From positions 51,385-115,384 of the forward strand of contig CAVWBP010000013.1 in the NCBI GenBank assembly GCA_963753165.1: a stretch of 64,000 nucleotides of DNA. Reading direction: 5' to 3'. Below are positions 37,773-47,250 of the stretch, one piece after another. The position numbers and the translations under genes were made by a program. The notes under the pieces were generated by a model. The model saw only the letters and a list, made by a program, of their open reading frames with translations. It was not told the origin of the DNA and made no database searches. The DNA is from Thermodesulfovibrionales bacterium. Its GTDB lineage: Bacteria; Nitrospirota; Thermodesulfovibrionia; Thermodesulfovibrionales; SM23-35. Position 1 is the stretch's first letter; each line of letters begins with the position of its first letter.

Positions 37773-38885
37773 TTGGAAAAGGCAAGAAGGTTTCTCTCTT
37801 TATCCATGTCGGCAGTGTCGAACTGTTCATTATATTCACAGGAGCATTCGGCTATTGACGACCTCGCAGGCGAGGCGCTTGCCGTACTCAATGAGATACT
37901 CGAGGAAACAGAAAGCCTTGAGATGATGATTGTCGAGAATGATCTGGTCGTCAACCGGGTTCCCTTGCGGGAGACCGGACTTCAGGGGCATAATTTTATC
38001 AAACGGCTTAAGAGAAAGGGGATCACCCGTGTCGATTTCCTGAAAGGTATCACCATATCCGAATTGAGGCTCTTCATCTCGAACATGGCAACGGCGGAAG
38101 AAGGGTTGAAACCAAGCCCGCATATCCGTTCCGGTGTCGTTGATGTGAGGATCGGCGGACTGAAACTGGACTTTGACCTGAATATGGACGACCTTGCCGG
38201 GTTCACTTCGGGGCAGACTGATATGGTAAAGGAAGTATATACCGGGATATCTCCTTTCAAACGGCTTAATATCGCAGGGCTTGAGGAAATTGTGGTGAAT
38301 TTCATCATTACCTTCAGAAAAGAGGTCGGTATTCTGAAATTGATCAGCCCTGTCAAGTCATACAGCGAGTACACCTATACCCATGCGATGAATGTAGCAG
38401 TGCTCTCCATGTTCCAGGCGCAAAGCCTGAATATCCGTGACGATCTCCTTCGCGACATCGGCATTGCTGCGCTTCTCCATGATGTCGGCAAGTTGTTCAT
38501 CGCAAAGGATACCCTTGAAAAAAAGGCTGCGCTCACCGGGGAGGAATGGAAAGAGATCAAGCTCCATCCCCTCTACGGAGCGCGATATCTCGGAAAAATA
38601 GACGAGATTACCCGGCTTGCGCCGATTGTTGCGCTCGAGCATCATATGAGATATGACGGACACGGGTATCCAAAGATGAATATCAACGGCAAGAAGCAGC
38701 ACTTCTGCAGCCAGATTGTTGCGATTGCTGATTTTTTTGATGCGCTGAGGAGCCGGAGACCGTACCGGCGGGCGCTTGAAATCAAGGAAGTGCTCACTCT
38801 GATGAAGACAGAAGCTGAGGGGCTGTTCAGTCCCTTCCTCTTCAACAACTTCATCAGGGCTATGCACAAGGCGATGTCTGAATAG
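37773..38885 (+). CDS. HD-GYP domain c-di-GMP phosphodiesterase-type protein
   Basis: HAMNVAVLS, LLHDVGK, HHMRYDGHGYP, IADFFDALRSRRPYR. TTG 37773 or ATG 37806 as start. Confidence 0.8.
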   Translation: MEKARRFLSLSMSAVSNCSLYSQEHSAIDDLAGEALAVLNEILEETESLEMMIVENDLVVNRVPLRETGLQGHNFIKRLKRKGITRVDFLKGITISELRLFISNMATAEEGLKPSPHIRSGVVDVRIGGLKLDFDLNMDDLAGFTSGQTDMVKEVYTGISPFKRLNIAGLEEIVVNFIITFRKEVGILKLISPVKSYSEYTYTHAMNVAVLSMFQAQSLNIRDDLLRDIGIAALLHDVGKLFIAKDTLEKKAALTGEEWKEIKLHPLYGARYLGKIDEITRLAPIVALEHHMRYDGHGYPKMNINGKKQHFCSQIVAIADFFDALRSRRPYRRALEIKEVLTLMKTEAEGLFSPFLFNNFIRAMHKAMSE

Positions 38886-38905
38886 GCTCGGGCAGGGAAT
38901 TATTT

Positions 38906-39268
38906 GTGAAGCCGGGGAAAAGCGGAAAACCTGAACACAAAAGACCTTCTCCTCCTGTGGAGAGGAACGAAACAATCCGGCAGAAAATCATGGCGCTTCT
39001 TGAAAGGACGCCGCTTTCTGCGAAAGATTTATCCGGAGAAATCGCAACTTCAGAGAAAGACATTTACGACCACCTTGCGCATATCCAGAAGACATCAAAC
39101 AAACGAGACAGGCATCTTGTAGTCACCCCCGCGCACTGCAGGAAGTGCGGGTTTCAGTTCAAAAAGAGGGAGAGGGTCACAAAGCCGGGGAAATGCCCCC
39201 TCTGCAGGAGTGAATTGATAGCGGCTCCCCTTTTTCTTATAGAAAAAGCTGAGAAGGGGATAGAGTGA
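38906..39268 (+). CDS. Predicted transcriptional regulator, winged-helix + C-terminal zinc ribbon
   Basis: IRQKIMALLERTPLSAKDLSGEI, followed by CRKCGF...CPLCRS (CxxC-N17-CxxC). Confidence 0.55.
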   Translation: MKPGKSGKPEHKRPSPPVERNETIRQKIMALLERTPLSAKDLSGEIATSEKDIYDHLAHIQKTSNKRDRHLVVTPAHCRKCGFQFKKRERVTKPGKCPLCRSELIAAPLFLIEKAEKGIE

Positions 39269-39303
39269 ATTTGCATTCTCCTCCATGAAAAAATAATTCA
39301 GAA

Positions 39304-39873
39304 ATGCCGGTAAAGAAGCGTCAAAAAGAACTCCATCCTGTATCAAGCTCTAAATACCTTGGCCTTATAACTGTTATCAATTCCATAGAGAATCGGGTTG
39401 CCTGGTCGGAAGTGGTCTATCTTGCGCTCAATACAGGCATCGTATTGTTCACAATCAGCTTCATATCTTTCCTTACGAACAGACAGCATATTTTTTCACC
39501 TATAGATTTACTTTCCATATTCTTCTGCCTTGTCGTAGGGATGGCTATCAGCACTTACTGGGCGGTCTCTGCAATAAGACTTCAATTAAAGCTGAAACTG
39601 CATTATTTCCAGGCACGGTTTCTGGAACGAAAGATGAACTGCGCCGGTGAATATTTCTATTCTGATGAAGCAATTTTTTTTGATCCGTCTGTCAGGCGTC
39701 TTGAAAGTCCTGATGGCGCTGAAAACCTTTCTTATCCGACTTCCGGGCTTACAAGGATGGATGGTTTTATCGGATCGATCAAGCCGAGACATTTTTCCTT
39801 GTTCATGCCCCTCTTGTTTTTCTTTATCTACTGGGCAATATTTCTCTGGACTATTCTCACTGCAGTTTCATAA
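39304..39873 (+). CDS. Hypothetical membrane protein
   Basis: 189-aa ORF with 3-4 hydrophobic segments. I recognise no motif. Confidence 0.4.
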   Translation: MPVKKRQKELHPVSSSKYLGLITVINSIENRVAWSEVVYLALNTGIVLFTISFISFLTNRQHIFSPIDLLSIFFCLVVGMAISTYWAVSAIRLQLKLKLHYFQARFLERKMNCAGEYFYSDEAIFFDPSVRRLESPDGAENLSYPTSGLTRMDGFIGSIKPRHFSLFMPLLFFFIYWAIFLWTILTAVS

Positions 39874-39898
39874 TGCACAGAGACACAGAAGAAGACCA

Positions 39899-40375
39899 TC
39901 ATCCTAATTTCCTGCATAATTCTGCAACCCGTGCTCCCAGCTTGAACGCGTCAGACATTGCCCTCTCATCCGGCGCGCCGATACATCCAACCCCGTAGTG
40001 GCCGGATGCGCTCATAGGGTCGCCGACAATAACCATCCCGTAAATAAGCATTGCCTGCAATATTGACATGATCGTCGTCTCTTTCCCGCCGGTATGATGA
40101 CCGCCCGTTGCAAAAGCAGCGCCTACCTTGTTCTCCATTTTTAAGCGCACTCCGACGAACTCGTCTATGACCCGTTTCAGGTCTGCTGCCATTGTTCCGA
40201 AATACACTGGTGAGCCGGCGATGACTCCGGCAGAAACAAGGAAATCATCCTTTGTCACTTCCTGGGTATTTCTGAGAACAGCTTTCAGCCCGGTTGATTC
40301 AACACCCCTTGCAACTTCTGCTGCAAGTTTTTTTGTATTCCCTCCCCTGGAATAATAAAGTATCAATACCTGCAT
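39899..40375 (-). CDS. Flavodoxin-like NAD(P)H-dependent FMN oxidoreductase (WrbA-like)
   Basis: MQVLILYYSRGGNTKKLAAEVARGVE..., GSPVYFGTMAADLK. Confidence 0.8.
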   Translation of the reverse strand: MQVLILYYSRGGNTKKLAAEVARGVESTGLKAVLRNTQEVTKDDFLVSAGVIAGSPVYFGTMAADLKRVIDEFVGVRLKMENKVGAAFATGGHHTGGKETTIMSILQAMLIYGMVIVGDPMSASGHYGVGCIGAPDERAMSDAFKLGARVAELCRKLG

Positions 40376-40386
40376 GTTCCCTCCGT

Positions 40387-42022
40387 TTATCCTCTTGCGC
40401 CGATTGCTTCTCTGGTTATCCTCTCCGCCAGTTCGAATACTGCTTTCTTGTCTTCCTCTGTCCGTGCTTCAATATAGAACCGGACCTTAGGTTCGGTGCC
40501 CGACGGCCTGATCATGAGCCATGACCCATCATTGAACACAAGTTTTGTTCCATCGATGGTTATGACGTCTATAATTTTTCTCTGCACTTTCCCGGACATG
40601 AGCACAGTACCCTTGTTGTATTTCTCCTGAATACGGGACAGCTTTTGAATAAGTGGTTCCCCGACAAGGTCCGGGCTTACCGCAATACCGGAGCGGTCCG
40701 GATAATAGTATCCGAATTCATCCATGATATCATGAAGATATCCACTGAGATTTTTCCCGGTCACCGCCATCATCTCTATGGCGAGCAGCAGACCAAACAG
40801 CGCGTCTTTTTCGAGTGTATGATTGTATCCCGATATGCCGTCCGATTCTTCGAACGCAACGATTGCCCTCTCCCGTGACGCCGGCAGCAGGAAGGGCCTG
40901 AAGTGCTTAAAACCGACCTTTGTTTCTTTTACAGGTATGTTCAGTCTCTTCGCAATCGCATTGACAAGATTGCTTGTCCCGACCGACGTTGCCACAATAC
41001 CGGAAATGCCTTTGTAGACATGAAGGAAATGAAATGCCATAGCGCCGAAATAATTCATAGGGATCTGCATGGCTCCATCGGCAAACCTGATCCGGTCGCC
41101 ATCGGGGTCCATGAATACACCGAGACGGAACTTCGCCGGACTTTCCTGTAAGACTTTTTCGATACCCTCCATGTTTTTTTCAGAAGGCTCGGGAGCAATA
41201 CCTCCGAACAGATAATCGTCCCCGGTGCGCAGGGAGACTATATGTCTGACTGTTTCCAAGAATCTTTGTTATGCAGCCCCTGGTCGAACCGTGTGCATGG
41301 TCAATACAGATCATGCAGTGTTCTCTGTTGACAAAGTCCCGTATCCTGCTCAAATCGAGAGTTTTTCTTTCATTGAGAAACCGTATGTAGAGGTTATCGA
41401 GATCTACGGTCTCAATATGCGCAGGTTTTGCAGGTCCGGGGACAGGAGATGATCCCATCATCCTGTTCGCGATTTCCTCTATTCTTCTCGTAATTTCAGG
41501 TCCTGCTGGGCCGCCGTCGGAAGGATTGAATTTAAATCCGGCATAGTTTGCAGGGTTATGAGATGGGGTGAGATTTACCGAACATGCAGCATGGAGCATC
41601 TCTACCCCCGCAGAGAACTCCGGCGTAGGGGCCTCACCGGCATACCATGCCCTGATCCCATTTTCCTGGAGCAGCCCAATGACTTCATATGCAAAATCCT
41701 GACCGAGAAAACGGTTGTCGTGTCCCACGATAACCCCCCTCTGCCGGAACTCTCTGAAATCGGATATACCCAAAGACCTCATGACAGAAGGGTCATTGCC
41801 CTTGCACATCTCGATGATTGCCAAGGTTACGATACGCACTGTATGAAAAGTAAAGTCTGCACCTAACTCGCCCCTCCATCCCGATGTGCCGAATGCGATC
41901 TTTGCAGGGTTTGTGTTCTCCCGTGCGAATTTCCCGATCACAGGAAGCAATCCCCTGTTTTTTGAGACATCGGAAAGGATTACCTCCCAACAGGAAGAAG
42001 CGTTAGTGAATTGCTGAGTCAA
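40387..42022 (-). CDS. Alpha-D-phosphohexomutase (phosphoglucomutase/phosphomannomutase family), apparent frameshift near 41250
   Basis: FGTSGWRG, phosphoserine loop TPSHNPANYAGFK, metal loop DPDGDR, EESDGISG. ORFs 41180..42022 and 40387..41259 are consecutive parts. Confidence 0.85.
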
Positions 42023-42116
42023 CTGTCACTCCTGCCGATCAAAGTACCTGAAGGTTTCATTTCATTGCACTCCCGTCGTAACCAATTTTATCATAGCGTT
42101 CTTTGTTCTTCTGGTT

Positions 42117-42219
42117 GTCATTATCCGGCTTGACCGGATAATCCAGTGCTACGTTTAAAAACTTTTGATACTGGATTCCGTCCTCCGACTTGATCGGGGG
42201 ATCAAGTCGGATGAATGAC
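42117..42219. repeat. Composite palindromic repeat, GTCATT...AATGAC superfamily (type B, inverted relative to 14840-14942)
   Basis: GTCATTATCCGGCTTGACCGGATAATCCAG, spacer, CTGGATTCCGTCCTCCGACTTGATCGGGGGATCAAGTCGGATGAATGAC. Confidence 0.7.
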
Positions 42220-42229
42220 GGAGGAGATA

Positions 42230-43447
42230 TTAAAATATTACCTGTAATACCTGATCTATTTCCCTCAGAGTTTTCACCACTCCTGATGCCTCGCCGGCAT
42301 TCAGGTCACTGATGGATGTATTGGCAATTATTCCGTATAATCCGTCAAAAGCATCCCGAACATGCAGGTCATTGTCCATATGCTCAGTGAATACCTTTTT
42401 TAACCTTCGGGAGATTTGTTTTTCCGGAGAAGATTTCCTGTGGGGAGTTTCTCCCGAATTTCCTGACGGCAGCCTTGAATGCTCGTAATCTTTCCACCAC
42501 CGACTTCATTGCCCGGTCTGAATAGTCAAGTCTTTCGCGATAATGTCCGTAAATAAGGAAAAACCGTATCTCGGACATGGAATAGCCGTGTTTCCTGAGA
42601 CTGTCGCTGTAGAGAATGTTTCTCCTGCTCTTTGACATCTTCTTTCCGTTTACAAAAAGATGATGACAGTGGAGCCAGAACCTCGCCATCTGATACGGTC
42701 TCACCGACTCGAGGATAGCGAGGGAGTAATCATGATGACGGAAAAGATTATCGATCCCCCCGCAGTATACAGAGAGTGTTTCGTCAAAATATTTGGAGAC
42801 AATACCTGCGTCCTGTACGTTCCACGAAGGTCTGCCCCTGCCTATCTGCGTGTCCCAGAAATAACGATCTCCCTCTTTATACCCGTGCCAGAGGATAAAG
42901 TCTCCAAGGTTCCACTGGATCCCCGGATAGGTGTCCTTATGGAACCTCCTTTTTTTGCCGGCCATGCTGACATATCAAGCCCGTATAATTTTCCAAAGCC
43001 GTGGAACCGGAGCGGATCGAAATACACATTGCCGCGGTGCCGGTATGCATATTGCTTTTTCAGAAGAGTCTGAATAATGGCGACTGTTTCATGAATACAT
43101 TCGGAGGCTCTGGGGAGAAACTCAGGGGTCTTCATCCTGAGCAGGTTCATCTCATTGAGAAAAGTCTTGATATTTTTTTCGGTAATGCTCCGTACTGTTG
43201 TTTTTTGCCTTGCCGCTTCCTGTATTGCCTTGTCCTCGATATCGGTAAAGTTCATCCCTCTGACAATTTTATGTCCAGAAAATTCAAGATAGCGTGCCAG
43301 GACATCCTCAAACAGGAACGTCCTGAAATTGCCGATATGGGATTTCTGGTACACTGAAGGGCCACAGGTGAACATCGCGACATATTTTTTGTTCACAGGA
43401 TTGAAAGGTTCGAGTTTCTTCCCCAGACTGTTATAGAGTTTCAGCAA
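42230..43447 (-). CDS. cysS: Cysteine--tRNA ligase, two apparent frameshifts at homopolymer runs
   Basis: MLKLYNSLGKKLEPF, HIGN (HIGH motif), KMSKS. Three pieces: 42842..43447, 42384..42965 and 42230..about 42395 (FTEHMDNDLHVRDAFDGLY...REIDQVLQVIF). The junctions coincide with T7 (42950-42956) and T6 (42396-42401) on the plus strand. Confidence 0.85.
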
Positions 43448-43512
43448 ACGCTCCCCCTTATTGAATGTGAATATCTGTATTGTATCCGCCGGGGCACGCG
43501 ACAGGTTCTGGT

Positions 43513-44784
43513 CTATTCTTTAAACAATACTACAGGTATGTTTTCCCGGGCGTGGATTGTCTCTGCATGTTTTTTCGCATCTGTCTCATGCTCGAATTTC
43601 CCGATCAAGACCCGGTAGAGGGGTGCTCCTTTGCTTGTTAGGGTCTTGTATAGCCGGGTGCTGTACCCCTTGTCTTTGTATTGCCGGACAAGTGACGCAG
43701 CGTTTGCTTCCTGTTTAAATACCCCGATCTGAACGGCATAGACAGCCTTTTGCACAGGTTTCACTTCAGAATTCTGCCGTGGTGAGGGTGCGGGTTTCTC
43801 TCTCCCGGCAGCCTGCGCGGATTGCTTTTCCCCGGCTGAGGGGGTCTTTTTTTCTTCAATCACCTGAGGTGGGGGAAGCGGTGAAGTCTTCTCCTCCTCT
43901 GCCTGTGGTTTCGGTGTTACGTCGGGAGGAACGGTGTTGACCGTCTGCTGCTCACCAGGGGAAGAAGGGGGAATAATTTCCGGCTGAGACTTTTGAAAAA
44001 GAGAGCGCGGTGAGATATCTTCGTAAAATATGATTCCGCCTGCGCCGATCACTATCAGGATAATCACGAGTGAAACAAAGAAGACCGATTTCTGCAGTTT
44101 CTTTTTCTTGTAAGCGCTCGCATATTCTTCATCCGAAAGGGAAGGGATCAGAAGATCGGTTTCTCCTCTGCGCTCGCTTTCAGTTTCCCCTTCTTCTTTT
44201 TCTTCAGCGGCAGAAGCCACTTCCTCCGTGATTCCGTCAGGTGTCCGCTCAGGTATGCGTGTATCTATTGCTTCCGGTTCCGGCATATCCGGTTGAGCGT
44301 CGTCTGGTTCCTGATTCTCTCTGCGCTCATCGTTTTCGGTTTCAGCAGCCTGCTCCTCCCTCTGTTCATCCGCAGGGATATCTGCCGGCTGAGGCCCTTC
44401 CCCTGTCTCCCTGAAGGATATAAGGTCCGCTGTCTTTCTGCGCAAATCCTCTGAATTAAAAATGTAAGTTATATAATCGACGATTCCATACAGTTCTCTG
44501 TCACGTTCGGTAATAATTACATTCCGGGGTGTCAGGATAACGAGGGGGATATGCACGAGTTCTTCTGACTCATGAATGGTTTTACAGATCTCCAGTCCGC
44601 GCATGCCTTCGGAGATTCCCGCATTCACAAAAATAAGCGCGGGACGCACTTTCTTCGCGAGATCAACGCCTGCTTCTCCGGAATTGGCAGAAAAAAGAGA
44701 ATACCCCTCCGGTTCGAGAACAGCACTGATTTTCTGAATCAGTTCAGTATTTATATCAATAATGAGAATGCTGTGTTCGGCCAT
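43513..44784 (-). CDS. Pseudo-receiver (REC-like) / acidic linker / TM / Pro-rich / SPOR-domain protein
   Basis: N-terminal CheY-like fold with Asn at the phospho-acceptor position (ALIFVNAGI). TM helix VFFVSLVIILIVIGAGGIIF. C-terminal SPOR-like region AVYAVQIGVFKQEANAASLVRQYKDKGY...YRVLIGKFEHETDAKK. Confidence 0.7.
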   Translation of the reverse strand: MAEHSILIIDINTELIQKISAVLEPEGYSLFSANSGEAGVDLAKKVRPALIFVNAGISEGMRGLEICKTIHESEELVHIPLVILTPRNVIITERDRELYGIVDYITYIFNSEDLRRKTADLISFRETGEGPQPADIPADEQREEQAAETENDERRENQEPDDAQPDMPEPEAIDTRIPERTPDGITEEVASAAEEKEEGETESERRGETDLLIPSLSDEEYASAYKKKKLQKSVFFVSLVIILIVIGAGGIIFYEDISPRSLFQKSQPEIIPPSSPGEQQTVNTVPPDVTPKPQAEEEKTSPLPPPQVIEEKKTPSAGEKQSAQAAGREKPAPSPRQNSEVKPVQKAVYAVQIGVFKQEANAASLVRQYKDKGYSTRLYKTLTSKGAPLYRVLIGKFEHETDAKKHAETIHARENIPVVLFKE

Positions 44785-45862
44785 AATTCTCTGTTAAATA
44801 TCCTTCGACGAGAAAATCTTCTCCGATTCTCCGTACCTTTGTGTCATGAAGCCGATATGCCTCTTCCAGCCTCCTGAATGTTTTTCCTCCTACAGAAGCG
44901 ATGGATTCCCTGCCCCCTATAATTTTCGGAGCGATAAAAAATAGTACCTTATCCACGATACCATCTTCAAGTGCGTGGGCATTCAATGAAGAGCCGCCTT
45001 CAATGAGAACCGAAGCAACCTCCTGTTTTGCGAGGGAATCCATAAGCCAGCCAAGCTCCAGTTTTTTCTTAAAATAAAGCATCTTTATGCCTGATTTTTC
45101 GAGATTTTTTGCTTTCTGGCCAGTTTTACCGGTAACAATAATTGTTTCCGGGGGTGTCCTGAGCAGTTTTGCATTCAAGGGTATTTCAAGTTCCGGATCG
45201 ATGACAATCCTGACCGGTTGTTTGTGTGCTCCCCGGATTCTTGCGGTGAGCTGCGGGTCGTCAGCCTTGACTGTTCCTATCGCAGTCATGATCGCATCCA
45301 CATGGCTTCTCAGGCGATGGACTTCTTTCCTTGCCTTTTCACCCGTTATCCATTGGGATTGACCCTCCGGAGTTGCAATTTTGCCGTCAAGAGTCATGGC
45401 GACTTTGAGAATTACAAAAGGGGAAGCAGTAGTAATGAATTTTACATAAAATTCATTGAGTTTTCTTGCTTCATCTTCGAGAACCCCGAGGGTCACCTCG
45501 ATACCCGCATGCTGCAGTTCGCGAACACCCTTGCCCGATACTTTGGGGTTCGGATCGAGCATGCCTATTACCACTTTGTGAATCCCGGAATTTATTATGG
45601 CCCTGGTGCAGGGGGGAGTTCTCTTGTCGGTGTGACAGCATGGTTCGAGATTCACATAGAGGGTAGCGCCTCGTGCAGCTCTGCCTGCTTTTTCTATGGC
45701 AAGCGCCTCTGCATGGAGCGTGCCCGGTTTTCTGTGATAATCTTCAGCAATAATTTTGTTTTTCCTGACCAGGACCGCTCCGACCATGGGGTTCGGGCTC
45801 GTCATCCCCCGGGCCTTTGCCGCGATGCTGAGGGTATGCTTCATATAGGATGCATCAGTCAT
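44756..45862 (-). CDS. ribD: Bifunctional riboflavin biosynthesis protein RibD (deaminase/reductase)
   Basis: HAEALAI, LEPCCHTDKRTPPC, and a C-terminal reductase domain (DGKIATPEG...SQWITG). The 3' end overlaps the next gene by 29 nt. Confidence 0.9.
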   Translation of the reverse strand: MTDASYMKHTLSIAAKARGMTSPNPMVGAVLVRKNKIIAEDYHRKPGTLHAEALAIEKAGRAARGATLYVNLEPCCHTDKRTPPCTRAIINSGIHKVVIGMLDPNPKVSGKGVRELQHAGIEVTLGVLEDEARKLNEFYVKFITTASPFVILKVAMTLDGKIATPEGQSQWITGEKARKEVHRLRSHVDAIMTAIGTVKADDPQLTARIRGAHKQPVRIVIDPELEIPLNAKLLRTPPETIIVTGKTGQKAKNLEKSGIKMLYFKKKLELGWLMDSLAKQEVASVLIEGGSSLNAHALEDGIVDKVLFFIAPKIIGGRESIASVGGKTFRRLEEAYRLHDTKVRRIGEDFLVEGYLTENYGRTQHSHY

Positions 45863-45929
45863 GGAATATTAGCATACCATAAAAAGGCTCATAAGCTAAG
45901 AGAAACCATTTAGTTAAGGGTGGAAAAAT

Positions 45930-46124
45930 CCTCTCCTTTACAAGGGGAGGTTGGTGGGGTATGAGGGAAAAATATTCAAACCTCCCCAGCCCCTCCTTAT
46001 AAAGGAGGGGATTGCACTCTTCACTCAAAATTCATAGCTGCACAGTCGTGATATGCACCCTCACCCTTGCCCTCTCCCCTCAAGGGAGAGGGTAGTAAAT
46101 ACGCCCCTCCCTTGAGGGGAGGGG
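45930..46124. repeat. Cluster of four G/C-rich hairpin repeats (CCCTCTCCC...GGGAGAGGG family)
   Basis: Hairpins at 45930-45950, 45990-46010, 46070-46092 and 46104-46124, in the divergent ribD / DUF948 spacer. Related to 12220-12244. Confidence 0.6.
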
Positions 46125-46188
46125 TTGGGGAGGGTGTTAAAATATCGACTTTATACACAGACAATAATTATTCTGGTATAATAACAAC

Positions 46189-46590
46189 ATGGTATCTATT
46201 GAACACATATGGTTGATCGTTATCGCAGTTGCAGTCGCGGTATTAGCCGGTTATGTGATCTCCTTGATCATTGAACTGAAAAAAACCGTCCGGGCTGTCA
46301 ATGAGGTATTAAAATCTACCGAGGGATCGCTCAAATCCACCCTGGATGAATTACAGTTGACCCTGAGAAGCGTGAGAAGCATCTCTGATGATATCAACGA
46401 GGTAACAACCGATGTCAAGACTTTGTCAGGTTCGGTCAGGGATGTAGGCCAGAATATCAGACATGTGAGCGATCTGGTCGATGAAACTGCATCCTTGACT
46501 GCGGTGAAAGTTTCCGGCCTGAAAGCGGGCCTGAAAGCAGGATTTATGGTTATCTTAAGCAATCTTTTTTCGAAAAAAGGAGGCGAATAA
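46189..46590 (+). CDS. DUF948-like membrane-anchored coiled-coil protein
   Basis: N-terminal TM (IWLIVIAVAVAVLAGYVISLII), then a heptad-like region. The stop overlaps the next start by 1 nt. Confidence 0.5.
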   Translation: MVSIEHIWLIVIAVAVAVLAGYVISLIIELKKTVRAVNEVLKSTEGSLKSTLDELQLTLRSVRSISDDINEVTTDVKTLSGSVRDVGQNIRHVSDLVDETASLTAVKVSGLKAGLKAGFMVILSNLFSKKGGE

Positions 46591-46910
46591 TGAGAGAGGA
46601 AGGCGGATACGGAGCAGGAAGTGTATTTCTTTCATTTCTTCTCGGGGGTATCGTGGGGGCAGGGTTCGCTCTGTTACTTGCGCCTCAATCGGGTGATGAG
46701 ACAAGAAAGAAGATACGTCAACTGACTGACGATGTCAAGGGGAAGACAATGGATTATGTCGAAGAGGTAAAAGGGAAGGTTACCACCGGCATAGACAGGG
46801 GCAAGGATTATTATGAGGAGAAGAAGTCTGTAGTTGCTTCGGCTATCGAGGCGGGAAAAGAGGCCTACGACAAGGAGAAAGAGAGGTTATCCAAGGAGCC
46901 GAATGCATGA
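46590..46910 (+). CDS. YtxH-domain protein
   Basis: GGIVGAGFALLLAPQSGDETRKKIRQL followed by charged helices. The 3' end overlaps the hypA start by 8 nt. Confidence 0.6.
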   Translation: MREEGGYGAGSVFLSFLLGGIVGAGFALLLAPQSGDETRKKIRQLTDDVKGKTMDYVEEVKGKVTTGIDRGKDYYEEKKSVVASAIEAGKEAYDKEKERLSKEPNA

Positions 46911-47247
46911 GGTTTCGATTGCCCAGGGTCTGCTTGATATCGTCGTAGAGAATTGTAAAAAACAAGGCTATTCAGGGATAGAATCCATAAAGGTCAAAAT
47001 CGGAAAAGCTGCCGGGGTAGTTCCCGATTCTCTTCTTTTTGCATTTGAGTCGATGAAGGTGGATACCATAGCAGAAAAGGCCACTCTTATCATTGATCAA
47101 GTTCCGATCAGCGGTTTCTGTAACAGTTGCAAGTCCAATTTTACCGTAGATGATGCATACGTTATCTGTTGCCCGCATTGCAACGCTTTTTCGATCAGGG
47201 TAGATACAGGCAGGGAATTAAATGTCGACGAGATGGAGGTATTCTGA
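46903..47247 (+). CDS. hypA: Hydrogenase nickel-insertion protein HypA
   Basis: MHEVSIAQGLLDIV and zinc site CNSC...CPHC. ATG 46903 is in frame with ORF 46834..47247. Confidence 0.85.
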   Translation: MHEVSIAQGLLDIVVENCKKQGYSGIESIKVKIGKAAGVVPDSLLFAFESMKVDTIAEKATLIIDQVPISGFCNSCKSNFTVDDAYVICCPHCNAFSIRVDTGRELNVDEMEVF

Positions 47248-47250
47248 TTC

